A stretch of DNA of 44,478 bases, from positions 1 through 44,478 of the forward strand of contig JAZGFI010000299.1 of the NCBI GenBank assembly GCA_036479435.1, written 5' to 3'. Below the pieces are notes generated by a model that ran no database searches, had not been told where the DNA came from, and worked only from the letters and a program-made list of their open reading frames with translations. This DNA is from Planctomycetota bacterium (lineage in GTDB: Bacteria; Planctomycetota; GCA-002687715; DRQF01). The position numbers were made by a program, and so were the translations under genes. The stretch's first letter is position 1, and every line of letters begins with the position of its first letter. Of this stretch, positions 1 through 10,400 are shown piece by piece.

Positions 1-118
1 ATCAAGCATCGTTCCCCCATGGGGGAAGCCGCCTACGGCGGCGAAGGAAGAGCCCTGCAAAGAGCTTCGCTCTTCACCGGGGCCCACCGACCTTAGATCA
101 GGGACAACTATTCTGACA
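1..118. mobile_element. Probable terminal region of an insertion sequence (TGT...ACA-type end; family unresolved)
   Basis: Stacked hairpins (ttcccccatgggggaa; gccgcc-tac-ggcggc; gaagagc...gctcttc) end in gggacaactattctgaca (reverse complement TGTCAGAATAGTTGTCCC). A signal-peptide ORF on the minus strand stops within a few codons of crossing this point. No transposase is visible in the window. Confidence 0.4.
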
Positions 119-218
119 CCGGGGGGAGGTGAGGGTGCTGGTCGACGGCTAAAAGTCCTGCCGGCATGAGCACAAGCCCCGCCAAGATGGCGAGGGCACA
201 AGATTTGTTGATGGGCAT
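108..218 (-). pseudogene. N-terminal fragment of a secreted protein (36 aa), apparently truncated by the left-edge element
   Basis: Hand translation gives MPINKSCALAILAGLVLMPAGLLAVDQHPHLPPVSE*: basic N-terminus, hydrophobic core and LLA cleavage-like site. The stop lies inside the putative IS end. Confidence 0.5.
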
Positions 219-519
219 CTTGGAGAGATCCTAAGAGTTCAAAAAGCGCTAGTTCGCGGCGATTCGGAGAATGCGTCGCGGAGATAACAGGCTGCGGGAG
301 GCTCTCCTTTGGCCGCCAAAACTGACTCGACAGTTTCGGCGCGGACGGTCCTCCTTGGGTCACACGTAAAGCGGGCCGAGGGCGATCAGCGAATTCTTCG
401 ACGACCCAAAAAAAACACGCTTTTCCTGCTCTATGTCCGGCGCTGGCATAGATTTGGCGTCGCGAGCCATTTGTGACTACTATCCGTAATTCGACCCTCA
501 ATACTTGAGCGAGAAACCC

Positions 520-969
520 ATGGCAGCGAAATCACCCGTGTTGGTGGCGGTTCTGGCGATGAGCTGGATTTTGACGGTTGCGATGGGCTGTGGGGGAAAA
601 TCCGAGAACGAGCCCACAACCTCAGCCGCGACCCATGAGGCCCAAGTAGCCACCAGCGATGGCGGAGCCTTCCAAGTCAAGTTGAAGACCTTGCCCGCAC
701 CGCTCGAAACCAACGAGCACTTTCGACTCACTGTACAAATCACCGCCCTTGAGGGAGCTTCGCTGGAGGGTATTGAAGTGACGGCAGACGCCGACATGCC
801 CGCCCACGGCCACGGCATGAACACCAAGCCGATCACCAGCAAAACCGGCGACGGCCAGTACGAAGTGGAGGGCTTCCTGTTCCATATGCCCGGGTATTGG
901 GAACTCTACGTGGACATCATGCGAGCCGGGCAACGTGAGCGTGCGACTTTCAGTTTCAACTTGGATTGA
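520..969 (+). CDS. YtkA/FixH-like Ig-fold lipoprotein (putative metal-binding)
   Basis: Lipobox VAMGC; motifs DADMPAHGHGM and FHMPGYWEL typical of YtkA-like domains; ATG at 520 within ORF 505..969. Confidence 0.75.
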   Translation: MAAKSPVLVAVLAMSWILTVAMGCGGKSENEPTTSAATHEAQVATSDGGAFQVKLKTLPAPLETNEHFRLTVQITALEGASLEGIEVTADADMPAHGHGMNTKPITSKTGDGQYEVEGFLFHMPGYWELYVDIMRAGQRERATFSFNLD

Positions 970-994
970 CGGATCAAAAGGTGTCGCGACGACG

Positions 995-2242
995 ATGTTG
1001 ACCAAGGTGATTTCCTCCGCGCTCGGACTGAGTGCAATTTTGTTGAGCGCGCTGCTCTTCGGCGGCTGTGGCCCTGCGGTCAACAAGAAAGCCAAGGTCA
1101 GCCTTTTGCCCGCCGCCAGTCAAAAGGCTTTAGATGCCGATTTCGACGAGGCGGCTCTCAAGCGAATTCGATCACTTTCACCTTTGCCTCCTGTACCCGC
1201 TGACCCGACTAACCAGTATTCGCTGAACGACCGAGCGGCGCGCCTCGGCCAGTTTCTGTTCTTCGATCCCAAGTTATCGGCGAACGGTCAAGTTTCCTGC
1301 GCGACCTGTCACGACCCCGAACGGCAGTTCAGCCTCGCAGTACCATTGGCAGTTGGCATCAAAGAGACGTTGCGCCATCCGCCGGTGCTTTGGAATCTCG
1401 CCTACGGGAGATGGTCGTATTGGGATGGCCGTCGCGATTCTCTTTGGGCGCAAGCGCTGGCGCCGTTGGAAGAACCGGGTGAAATGGGGACCACGCGGGC
1501 TTCATTGCTCGCCTACTTCAGCGGCGACGCTGACTTGTCCGCCGCCTACCGCGAGGTTTTTGGCGAGCTTCCGTCTGTGGACGAAAGCCCCGACCGCTTC
1601 TTCGCTAACGTCGGCAAGGCCATCGCGGCCTATGAAATGAAACTGATCAGCCGCGATGCACCCTTCGATGACTTCGTCGTCGGTGTCTTTGAAGACAAAG
1701 TCGCCAAGATCGAGGCCCTGAGCGCCTCTGCCCAACGAGGCTTGGCGATTTTCGTGGGAAGGGGCGAGTGCACCAACTGTCACCACGGCCCCAACTTCAG
1801 CGATCGCGAGTTTCATAACATCGGTCTCGACCGCGGGCCTCAAGGCAAGCTAGATCTCGGGCGTTATGAGGGAGTCTCGGCGGTCTTAGTCGACCCCTTC
1901 AACGGGCGGGGTCAATTTAGCGACGCCCCCGAGCATGCGATCAATGACCGCCTTAAATACGTCACCCAAAAAGACAACAACCTCGGAGAGTTCAAAACTC
2001 CCACGCTGCGTAACGTCGCTCTTTCTGCCCCCTACATGCACGACGGCCGCTTCGCGACCCTCGCCGCCGTCATCGACTTTTACTCCGAGTTGGATCAGGT
2101 CCCAGCCCTTGGGCATCGCGAGGAGTCGCTAGTAAAACTCCATTTCAGCGCTGAGGAGAAAAAAGACATCTTGGCCTTCTTGGCGTCTTTGACCGGCAAG
2201 CCCTTGCCCGCCGCACTCCTCAAAGCGCCATCCAAGCCCTGA
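995..2242 (+). CDS. Di-heme cytochrome c peroxidase family lipoprotein (bCcP/MauG/MbnH superfamily)
   Basis: LGQFLFFDPKLS...SCATCH, WDGR, second heme motif CTNCH, FKTPTLRNVALSAPYMHDG; lipobox LFGGC; ATG at 995 in frame with ORF 935..2242. Confidence 0.92.
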   Translation: MLTKVISSALGLSAILLSALLFGGCGPAVNKKAKVSLLPAASQKALDADFDEAALKRIRSLSPLPPVPADPTNQYSLNDRAARLGQFLFFDPKLSANGQVSCATCHDPERQFSLAVPLAVGIKETLRHPPVLWNLAYGRWSYWDGRRDSLWAQALAPLEEPGEMGTTRASLLAYFSGDADLSAAYREVFGELPSVDESPDRFFANVGKAIAAYEMKLISRDAPFDDFVVGVFEDKVAKIEALSASAQRGLAIFVGRGECTNCHHGPNFSDREFHNIGLDRGPQGKLDLGRYEGVSAVLVDPFNGRGQFSDAPEHAINDRLKYVTQKDNNLGEFKTPTLRNVALSAPYMHDGRFATLAAVIDFYSELDQVPALGHREESLVKLHFSAEEKKDILAFLASLTGKPLPAALLKAPSKP

Positions 2243-2275
2243 TCCTCGCTCATTGTTGACGGCACAGAGTCTTGC

Positions 2276-4111
2276 TCAGGCCCTTCGCGCCTTCAACACT
2301 AAGGCGATGCCCGCGACCCCGGCGGCGACACCCAAAATGATCGCCCAAAACGGTACTCCTGGTTCTACGGGGCTGGGTTCAGATGGGGAATCTGCGTCCG
2401 TCGAGACGGGCCCGAGAACCAAGGTTGTGGTGAGAGGGCCCGGTGTGCGCGCGACGCGCAGCGCCGGAGGCAACTCGTAGGCGCGCAGTTCAAAGTGCGG
2501 CGAGTTCGTAAAGTCGCCGCCTTCCAAAATCAAGGACTGGGTTTGCCCGTCGCCAGCGGGTGCTGGCAGCTTCAGGATTGGAGTCGCTTTGAAAAACGGC
2601 GTCTCGCCAGTGGGCGCGAATCGAAGGTCAAGCTCGATGGATCCGGGCGGTACGCGCCATTTGAGACGGTGGATAGACTTGCCCATTTCTTGCACTTTGA
2701 GACCAACGCTTCGCCAGGCCGCGTAGTTAGCAGTGAAGCGAATCAAGTGCATGAGGTCGGCGCCTTCGCGTCCGCCGGGTATCGCCACGGCGCTTTTGAA
2801 ATCGTCAACGCGAGCGTTCAACAAACCACGGGCGAGTTCGAGGAACTTCGCGTCTCCGCTCAGCAAAAAGCCCTGGATCAAAGCGCTGGCGGGGCCGAGG
2901 GTGGCGTCGTCGCCTTTTTTCATTCGAAAGCGAACTCGGTCCTTCCTTTTGGCCACGGTCTTTTTGAGGACGTAATCCACAAGACCGTCGAGCGCCTTTC
3001 TGAGTTTTAGTTGTCGCGCGGCTTTTATCCCGGGCCAATCTATCAAGGCCGCGGCGGAGCGAATCCAAAGATCGAGCTCGGCCCCTTCGAGGATCTCACC
3101 TTGCCAGGCCCAAGAGCCGTCTTCGAGACTCCGCCCACTGCCAGCATCATTTCGAGCCTGGATAGCGATGGGAGCAAGGGCCGACCACGCCGCCTCGTAA
3201 TCTGAGTCTCGGCCGTATCGCTGCGCCAAGTCGAGGCGCAAGGCGCAGGCGGCGTGGCGAGTGTTGAGATCGACTGAGGATTCTCCAAACTCTGTTGTGC
3301 CCGGGCCCAGGGCCCAGGTCATCAGGCGGCTTCTTAAATACTCGGTGCCCATGAGCCAGCTGTAGAGTTGAAGGCCTCTCCAGGACTTCCAAATCGAAGG
3401 GGCGGTTACTGCCAGCGCATTGCTGTGGCTTTCTAAGTTTTCGAGGCAATCTAGGCTCGAGTGAAGAGCTTGGCGAATGAAGGTGATGAGCGAAAAGGCC
3501 GCTGTTTTTTCTCGGCGGAGGAAGTCGATCAAGAGGCGATAGAGTTGGTCGCCGCCTTTGGGAACAGAGCCTGCGACGGGCGGCGCGTGGCCATTTTGAC
3601 GATGGTCGTACTTCAAAGTCGACTCTGCGACGAGCTTTTCGTCGAGAACAGCGCTGAGGTTCCACCACTCCGGATCTTGCGGCCTCCCCACCCACTTTGG
3701 ATGCTGAAGAGCAAGACTTGAAGTTGTAGCCTCGAGTCTGGGCTGCGCGCCATCTCCCACGGTGAGCTGAAGCCGTTGGTAGCCGGACGCGTCCGCCTTG
3801 AAGACGGCGTCGATTTGAATCCACTTGATGTGGCCGTTCGGCCAGCGGTCGACGACGTCGAAACGCACGCTTTGCGCTCCAACCAAGACAAGCTGTGAAG
3901 TGTCAGACAACTTGGAATGACTGGGAATGGGTATTCCCATGTGCAGCCAAGCCGTGGTGCCGCTGTGTGCACGAGCCGGCATCGCCTCGATCAGCACGTT
4001 GATGGGGTGATCCCGCACCAAGAGGGTGGGGCCCGTGGCAAAGGAGGTGCTAAAGGTCAAAACAAGCCAGGCAAAAAGCCCCAGAACCAAAGTGCCGCCG
4101 CGTGGATTCAT
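2276..4111 (-). CDS. Secreted, C-terminally membrane-anchored hypothetical protein with an N-terminal RIFT-barrel-like segment
   Basis: Signal peptide from MNPRGG; GIPIP...DRWPNGHIKW resembles the WPDGSxKW motif of RIFT-barrel/exo-rhamnogalacturonan-lyase-like proteins; Pro/Ser linker, TM helix and KARRA tail at the C-terminus. Confidence 0.55.
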   Translation of the reverse strand: MNPRGGTLVLGLFAWLVLTFSTSFATGPTLLVRDHPINVLIEAMPARAHSGTTAWLHMGIPIPSHSKLSDTSQLVLVGAQSVRFDVVDRWPNGHIKWIQIDAVFKADASGYQRLQLTVGDGAQPRLEATTSSLALQHPKWVGRPQDPEWWNLSAVLDEKLVAESTLKYDHRQNGHAPPVAGSVPKGGDQLYRLLIDFLRREKTAAFSLITFIRQALHSSLDCLENLESHSNALAVTAPSIWKSWRGLQLYSWLMGTEYLRSRLMTWALGPGTTEFGESSVDLNTRHAACALRLDLAQRYGRDSDYEAAWSALAPIAIQARNDAGSGRSLEDGSWAWQGEILEGAELDLWIRSAAALIDWPGIKAARQLKLRKALDGLVDYVLKKTVAKRKDRVRFRMKKGDDATLGPASALIQGFLLSGDAKFLELARGLLNARVDDFKSAVAIPGGREGADLMHLIRFTANYAAWRSVGLKVQEMGKSIHRLKWRVPPGSIELDLRFAPTGETPFFKATPILKLPAPAGDGQTQSLILEGGDFTNSPHFELRAYELPPALRVARTPGPLTTTLVLGPVSTDADSPSEPSPVEPGVPFWAIILGVAAGVAGIALVLKARRA

Positions 4112-4241
4112 GGAAGTCTCTAATGCTGAGGTAAAAAGTGACCGCCATCGTGAAGCCGATCCCAGGATGTACGATATCCCAAGTCGCCCCTGTCTATATA
4201 GTACGGCGTGACAGCACAACATCCACAGACGGCGGCAAGCC

Positions 4242-6587
4242 ATGAAACCACGACTTTGCGCTCTTTTGTTTTTAGTGTCCGCAGCAGGGCTGATGACGAG
4301 CGCGCCGCTGGCGGCGCAAGTCATCGTGAGTGCTGCCACCATTCAGATGCACCCCGACGATGGCCTGGAAGATGGGCTTGCGCTCCGACTGTACCTCGCC
4401 CAGTACCCAGGGGCGGTGACGATTCAGTTTTCAGCCGGGCAGTATGACTTCGGCGCCGGTCCGGCGGCGCACATTCGCTTGGAGAATCGTTCCAACGTAC
4501 TCCTTCGCGGCGATCCCACGGGGACTACACGATTTGTCTTTGATCGCCGTGATCGTCGAGGTGTGATGATCTTCAATTCGGACGGTTGCGGGTTGGAGCA
4601 CTTAAGCCTCGGCTTTCGCCGCCAACCTTTTGTCGAAGGGACCATCATCGCTTTGGACCGCAACGGCGGTCACGTCGATGTGAACCCCGACGGAAGTGAA
4701 CGCAAGCCTCTCACCGGGCCGGATGCCTTGGTCTACCTTCGGGCCGAATCCCTCATTTCTTTCGATCCCGCAACGAATCGTATTCGAGAGCAGCACGAAC
4801 AACTCTCGCTGGCCTCTTCGCCGAAGGTCACAAACCTGAACTACGGCGCCCTGCGCTTTCACATGCGGACCAATTACGACTTTTCCGACGGAGTCAGTGG
4901 TCGCAACGTGAGAGTAGGCGACCGCGTCGTGGTCAAGGCAGGATTGCTGCCGACCATCTGGAGCCGCAACACTCGAAGGCTGCGCTTGGCTCACCTCGAA
5001 ATTAGAAACTCTGGTTCGGCGGGCATCGCGAGTGCTTTGGACAGCGAATCCGTCTACGAGTTCATCAAGATGCTTCCCCAAGACGGCGCCCTTTTGTCGG
5101 TGAACCGCTGTGGTGTCCACTCCAAGGACAACTTGCTTGGACCTCAAGTGAGGTCTTGCGAGTTTGAGGCATGCGGTGACGATGCCATCGCTATCGCCGG
5201 CTCATGGTTGCGTTTGGACCGGATTGGTCCCAATGGCTCGCTTTACTTGACGTCCAGAGCCAACATCGAGCTTGCGCCCTATTTCGAGTTTGCGTTTTAT
5301 CAGGCTTCAGATCTGCAGTCCTTGGGCCGTGTCGTGGCCAATAACGCCCTTACTCTTGGCCGCGATTTCGCCCGGAGATTGTGGACTTTTCGCGTCGACG
5401 CGCCGGGAATCCCGACGGCACTCCAGATCGGCGATCTGGTCGTTTGTACTTCTTTGACCGCGCGAGGATTTGCGGTCGTGGGTAATCACATTCGGCATCA
5501 CCGCGCTCGCGGAATCCTCGTCAAGGCATCTCAGGGCGAGATCTCCGACAACGATATCCGCGGGTCAACCCGTTCTGCTATCGTCGTGGGACCGGAGTTC
5601 GGAAACTTCTTCGAAGCGTCTTTTGTCGAAGATCTCCTGATCTCTGGCAATCGGATTTCACAAGTGGGATTGCGTGCGCCCGCGGTGATCCAAGGCGGCG
5701 CCATCTCCGTGACGGCGACTTTTACCGGCCCCAACGCTCCTTTGATCGACAATCTCTCGCGCGAAAATCGCCGCATTCGCATCGTCGATAACTTCATTCG
5801 AAATGTTGGCCAATGCGGCATCTTGGTGACGGCGACGAAGAACCTCGAGATTCGAGGTAACGACCTCTTCTCCTGCCAGCGTCGCCCCTTCACTCCTAAC
5901 GCTGGCATTGCCAACGGCCTTGACGTCCCCGTGAACGCTGCGTTGTTTCTGCAGAATGTCGAGGACGTTGTCCTCCTCAACAATCGAATCGAAGACCCCG
6001 AGCTGGGAAGGTGCCTTTACATCTCGCCTTCATCAGTGAATGTGTCGCGGACAAACAACCGCCGCGCGCTCTACTGCGGATTCGAAACCGACGCGTCCCA
6101 ACCCTGGCCCGATGCCGTGCGGTCTGGTGGCACCGTCAACACTCACTTGAATGTCTGGTCCCACTCTCTCGTCGGTTGGAGTTTTGTTTTTCAAAAATGG
6201 GGCCTCAACGGCTCAGCCGGGGCCTTTCCCTATCATGTCGACGACCAAGGGGCTCGATGCGAACACGGCAGCGGCAAGTTTGAATTTGAATGCAAATCGC
6301 CGCGCGCGATTCAATTCGATTTAGGTGCCAATTTTCTTGGTTCCACCTGGTCGCTCGGAGTCGAGGCTATTCCTCTACTTGGGGGTTCGACTCAAACCGT
6401 AGGCACGTTTGGCAACAACGCCACCGACCTTATTGCGGTGGGACCCAAGCCCTGGTTTACCACCAAGCGCATCCCACTCGGCCTTCCGCCAGGGCCTTAC
6501 CGCATCCGCTTGACCCGAAATTCCGCATTTGGCGCTAGCCCCTACCTGTACCTGGACGAGCTCATCGTCGAATTCGAGGATCTTTAG
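4242..6587 (+). CDS. Secreted right-handed parallel beta-helix protein, GH110 alpha-galactosidase-like
   Basis: Signal peptide; CGDDAIAIAG and HRARGILVK resemble GH110 DD and RARG motifs; repeated I-x-G/D-N-x-I beta-helix coils; extra C-terminal domain. Confidence 0.7.
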   Translation: MKPRLCALLFLVSAAGLMTSAPLAAQVIVSAATIQMHPDDGLEDGLALRLYLAQYPGAVTIQFSAGQYDFGAGPAAHIRLENRSNVLLRGDPTGTTRFVFDRRDRRGVMIFNSDGCGLEHLSLGFRRQPFVEGTIIALDRNGGHVDVNPDGSERKPLTGPDALVYLRAESLISFDPATNRIREQHEQLSLASSPKVTNLNYGALRFHMRTNYDFSDGVSGRNVRVGDRVVVKAGLLPTIWSRNTRRLRLAHLEIRNSGSAGIASALDSESVYEFIKMLPQDGALLSVNRCGVHSKDNLLGPQVRSCEFEACGDDAIAIAGSWLRLDRIGPNGSLYLTSRANIELAPYFEFAFYQASDLQSLGRVVANNALTLGRDFARRLWTFRVDAPGIPTALQIGDLVVCTSLTARGFAVVGNHIRHHRARGILVKASQGEISDNDIRGSTRSAIVVGPEFGNFFEASFVEDLLISGNRISQVGLRAPAVIQGGAISVTATFTGPNAPLIDNLSRENRRIRIVDNFIRNVGQCGILVTATKNLEIRGNDLFSCQRRPFTPNAGIANGLDVPVNAALFLQNVEDVVLLNNRIEDPELGRCLYISPSSVNVSRTNNRRALYCGFETDASQPWPDAVRSGGTVNTHLNVWSHSLVGWSFVFQKWGLNGSAGAFPYHVDDQGARCEHGSGKFEFECKSPRAIQFDLGANFLGSTWSLGVEAIPLLGGSTQTVGTFGNNATDLIAVGPKPWFTTKRIPLGLPPGPYRIRLTRNSAFGASPYLYLDELIVEFEDL

Positions 6588-6723
6588 GCCGCGCAGAAAA
6601 AAGCGTGATTTTGGCGCGAAAACGGCACCACGACGGAAGGGGGTCGGAGGATTCGCCATGCTCACCTGTTGGTATGACTCAAGAAGAGTGCCCCCGATGC
6701 GGCGGAAGGGGTACCATGTCCGG

Positions 6724-7407
6724 ATGCACGACGCCGATGAGACCTGCTGGACTTTGATCGAGGACGCCGCGGCCGGAAAAGCCGAAGGCCGCGACCGTTT
6801 TGCGCTCCATTACGCTCCGGTGGTGAAAGCCTACCTGCTAGCGCGCTGGGGCCGCTCCGATTCGAAAAATCTCCTCGATGATGCCATGCAAGAGGTCTTC
6901 CTGGAGTGTTTCAAGCACGGAGGGGCCCTGGAGAAAGTCGAGAGCCGCCGCCGCGGCGGATTTCGTGCCTTCCTCTACGGCGTGACGCGCAACGTCACGC
7001 GGCGCTTCGAAGAGAAAAGCGGTCGCAGCAAAGAGGTCACCCTAGGTTCGACCCTTGGCGAAAGCCCGCAGCTAGCGGACAAAGACCTCGAGCGAGCCTT
7101 CGACCGCGCCTGGGCGATGTCCATTGTTCGTCAGTCCGTCGACCAGCAACGCGAGTCGGCGGCAGCAAGCGGCGATGAGGCCCTTAAGCGTCTGGAACTC
7201 TTGCGCCTTCGCTTCCAAGAGGCCAAGCCCATTCGTGACATTGCGACAGAGTGGGGCGAAGACGCCGCGATCTTGCATCGCGAGTACGCCAAGGCGCGCC
7301 GAGAATTCGAGGACGCCCTGCAACAGGTTGTTGCCTTTCATCTACCGGGTGAGCCCGCTGATGTCGCTCGCGAGTGCCAGCAACTCTTGGCGTTGTTGGA
7401 AAGTTAG
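6724..7407 (+). CDS. ECF-type RNA polymerase sigma-70 factor (kinase-associated type)
   Basis: TCWTLI...DDAMQEVF...FRAFL (region 2), FDRAWA linker and a region 4 HTH; lies directly upstream of a Ser/Thr kinase; ATG at 6724. Confidence 0.85.
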   Translation: MHDADETCWTLIEDAAAGKAEGRDRFALHYAPVVKAYLLARWGRSDSKNLLDDAMQEVFLECFKHGGALEKVESRRRGGFRAFLYGVTRNVTRRFEEKSGRSKEVTLGSTLGESPQLADKDLERAFDRAWAMSIVRQSVDQQRESAAASGDEALKRLELLRLRFQEAKPIRDIATEWGEDAAILHREYAKARREFEDALQQVVAFHLPGEPADVARECQQLLALLES

Positions 7408-7415
7408 GAAAGCAC

Positions 7416-10400
7416 GTGAGCGATCAAGAACCTTCAACTGGCAATACCGGCGACGCTTGGGAGTTCCGCCTGGATGCGGCCTTGGCCCACGGGTTCGGCG
7501 CTTTGGATCGCGAGACGATCGATGCCGGTTCGATCTCTGATCGCAAGCTCGGCCGTTTGGGCAGCTCGCCTTGGATTGACCTCGGAAATGAGATCGACAC
7601 CGCCGACCTCCGTCCGTTGGCTGCGGGAGTTCGCGAACTCTTAGAGTCGACGGGGCGCTACGAAGTCTACGGTGAGATCGGTCGCGGGGGGATGGGCCTC
7701 GTGGTTAGCGCTCGCGATCTGAAATTGGGTCGTGAAGTTGCCATCAAACTTTTGGATCAAGGCGTGGGAAAGTCGGCGCGCCGTGTTCACCAATTTGTCG
7801 AAGAGGGTCAGATAGCCAGCCAGCTTCAGCACCCGGGAATTGTCCCTATCTACGACATCGGTTTGGTCGGTGACGAGCGCCCCTACTTCAGCATGAAACG
7901 CTTGAGTGGGCGCAGCTTCGAGGTCTATCTTCAAGAAGCCGCCGAAGACGAAACGGCTGCGACCAAGAAGTTATTGATCCTCGAAAAAGCAGCCGAAGCC
8001 ATGGCCTACGCTCATGCACGCGGGGTTATTCATCGCGACCTTAAGCCGTCGAATCTCATGGTCGGTGACTTTGGCGAAGTCGTCGTCGTGGACTGGGGTC
8101 TCGCGAAGGTCTTAAAGAACGGGGACGAAGGCATCGGGGACGAAGGCGAGTTTAAGAAAGTTGCGACGCTTAGGGAGTTGTCTGAGGGTCTCACCTCAAT
8201 GGCTGGCTCTGTGGCCGGTACTCCGGCCTACATGGCACCCGAGCAAGCCCGCGGCGAGGTCCAGTCCATCGATGCCCGATCCGACGTCTACGCCCTCGGA
8301 GCCATGCTGTTCCGCATCCTCGCGGGCCGCCTCCCGATCGAAGGCGACAGCGGAGACGAAATCAGGCAGCTCGCCGCGCGCGGCGAGCTGCTCGAAGCAG
8401 AGCGCGTCCTGCAAAAACTCGAAGGCGAGTTCGATCGCGAATTGGTCCAACTCGCACGCGCATCACTTTCGGCCGAACCCTCTGATCGCCCCCGCGATGC
8501 AGCCGCGTTTCGGCGCCGGCTTCAGCACTGGCGAGAGTCGCTCGAAGAGCGTGCCGAGAACGAGCACCTCGCTAGGGTGAAAGCAGAAGCAAAAGCGGTT
8601 GAGGAACGGCGCGCACGTAGACTGGCCCTGGGCCTTGCGCTTGTGGTCCTAGCCATCATCGTGACCGCGGCGACCTACTTCATCAATCGAGAGCGCACTC
8701 AAAGCACCCAGCGCTTGAAGATCGCTCAGCTCTCCGATGCGGCGGGTAACTTTGCCGAGGCCGCCCGCAAAGAAGGGCCCGGCGACCCCGCCGACAATTG
8801 GGTACTGGCGAGCGAACGCGCGGAACGGGCCTTGGCTTTAGCCAACGCAGCCGAGCTGCCGACCGCCGAGATCGAGAAGTGGACGACCTTGGCCAGCATC
8901 TATCGTCTTGAACTTGAAGCGCGTCGCGGCGAAGTCGCCCAAAAACGACGCGATCAAAAGATGGTTGGAGAGCTAAGTGACATTTGGCGGCAACGCGCGT
9001 TTAACCCGATCTACGTCAAGTTCGAACAAGACTACGCCCGGATTTTCCGTGACCACGGCATCGACTTCCAAAAACTCACTCGCGACGACATTCGCGAGTT
9101 CGTAAGTCAATCGGCCATTCGAATCGAACTCATTGAGGGCTTTCATGCTTGGGCCTTGACGCGCCGACTTGTCAAAAGGTTCGGCGATCAGGCCTGGCGT
9201 GACATGCTGCAATTTGCCTTGGATGTCGATGACGATCGCGTGCGCTCCGACGCCCTCAGAGAAGTCCTTGTTGGCGATCAACCTGTATCAACGCTACTGA
9301 CGCCGAGAATCGCAAAGAGCCTAGGCGCCACGATTTTCGATCTCTTGGCGATACACGTTTCCAAAAAAGAAGGAGTCGACGAGGCCATCACGGTTTACGA
9401 GGAGGCCTTGCGTTGGCATCCGGACGACGTGTTCATGCACCTTGGCCTCGCGGGCCAGCTTGAACGTACGAAACCCAGACAAATGAAACGGGCTTTGCGG
9501 CAGCTCGAGATCGCGGCGGCTTTGATGCCTAACAACGCCCAGTTGCTCACCTATTGGGCGCGGCTTAATCGATCCCTTGGCAACCAGGCCGCGGCGGGAT
9601 CATTGGTCAGAAAAGCTCTCGCCTTGAATCAAGAGACGTGGCGATTGTGGCTCGAAAAGGGCTACGTCGAACTCGCCAACAACGACTTGGAGGCCAGTGA
9701 AAAGTCCTTTCGGGAGGCTTCACAACTTGGCTACGCCCAGTTTGAGCCTCACTTCGGCTTAGGCGCGCTATTCCAAAAACGAGGGCTTCACGAAAAAGCC
9801 GTCGCCGCCTTCCTTCGCGCCGCCAAGTTATCGCTTAAGCCGCAACTCTCGCTGTTTTTTGCCGCCCTCAGTGAAGAGCGCAGGGGTCGCAAAGATGAAG
9901 CCGAGGTACTTTTAAGTCGCATCGTCGAAAACGACCCCAAGAACGTCCGTGCGCTGAGTCGCTTGGGCCGCCTGTTGGCATCACGAGGCCGCCCGAAAGA
10001 GGCCGAAGTCTTGATCGACCGGACACTAGAAGTCGAGCCTCAGAATCCCTCGGCCAATTACTACAAGGGCACCGGCTACCTCCAAAAGCGCCGGTACCGA
10101 AAGGCCGAGCCGTTTTTGAGACGCGCCGCTCGCGCCTCTTCAAGTTCTGCCGAGATCCAACTCAACTACGGCCTTTGTCTCCAAGGCCTTCGCCGCTACG
10201 AAGAGGCCATCGACTTCCTCCACCAAGGGCTAGATCTAACGGCCCCTCAGTCGCAGCTTCAAAAGACCGCCCAGGGTTGGCTCGCGACGGCCGAGAGTAA
10301 TCTGGCGACAGAGGAAAAGATGGCGGCCTCGCTGGCGGGGCGCTTTTTTCCAGCCGACCACAATGAGTGGATTCAACTCGCCGAACACGCCTACCGGACT

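Noticed and set aside
290..400. Cobalamin, ZTP or c-di-AMP riboswitch
   Set aside because: Fragments such as aactgt/gagtcag and gggtcgt are suggestive, but the core conserved motifs are missing; kept only as an unassigned structured leader.
6529..6723. N-terminal extension of the ECF sigma factor in the ORF track
   Set aside because: It overlaps the upstream gene and looks like translated intergenic sequence; family similarity starts at ATG 6724.
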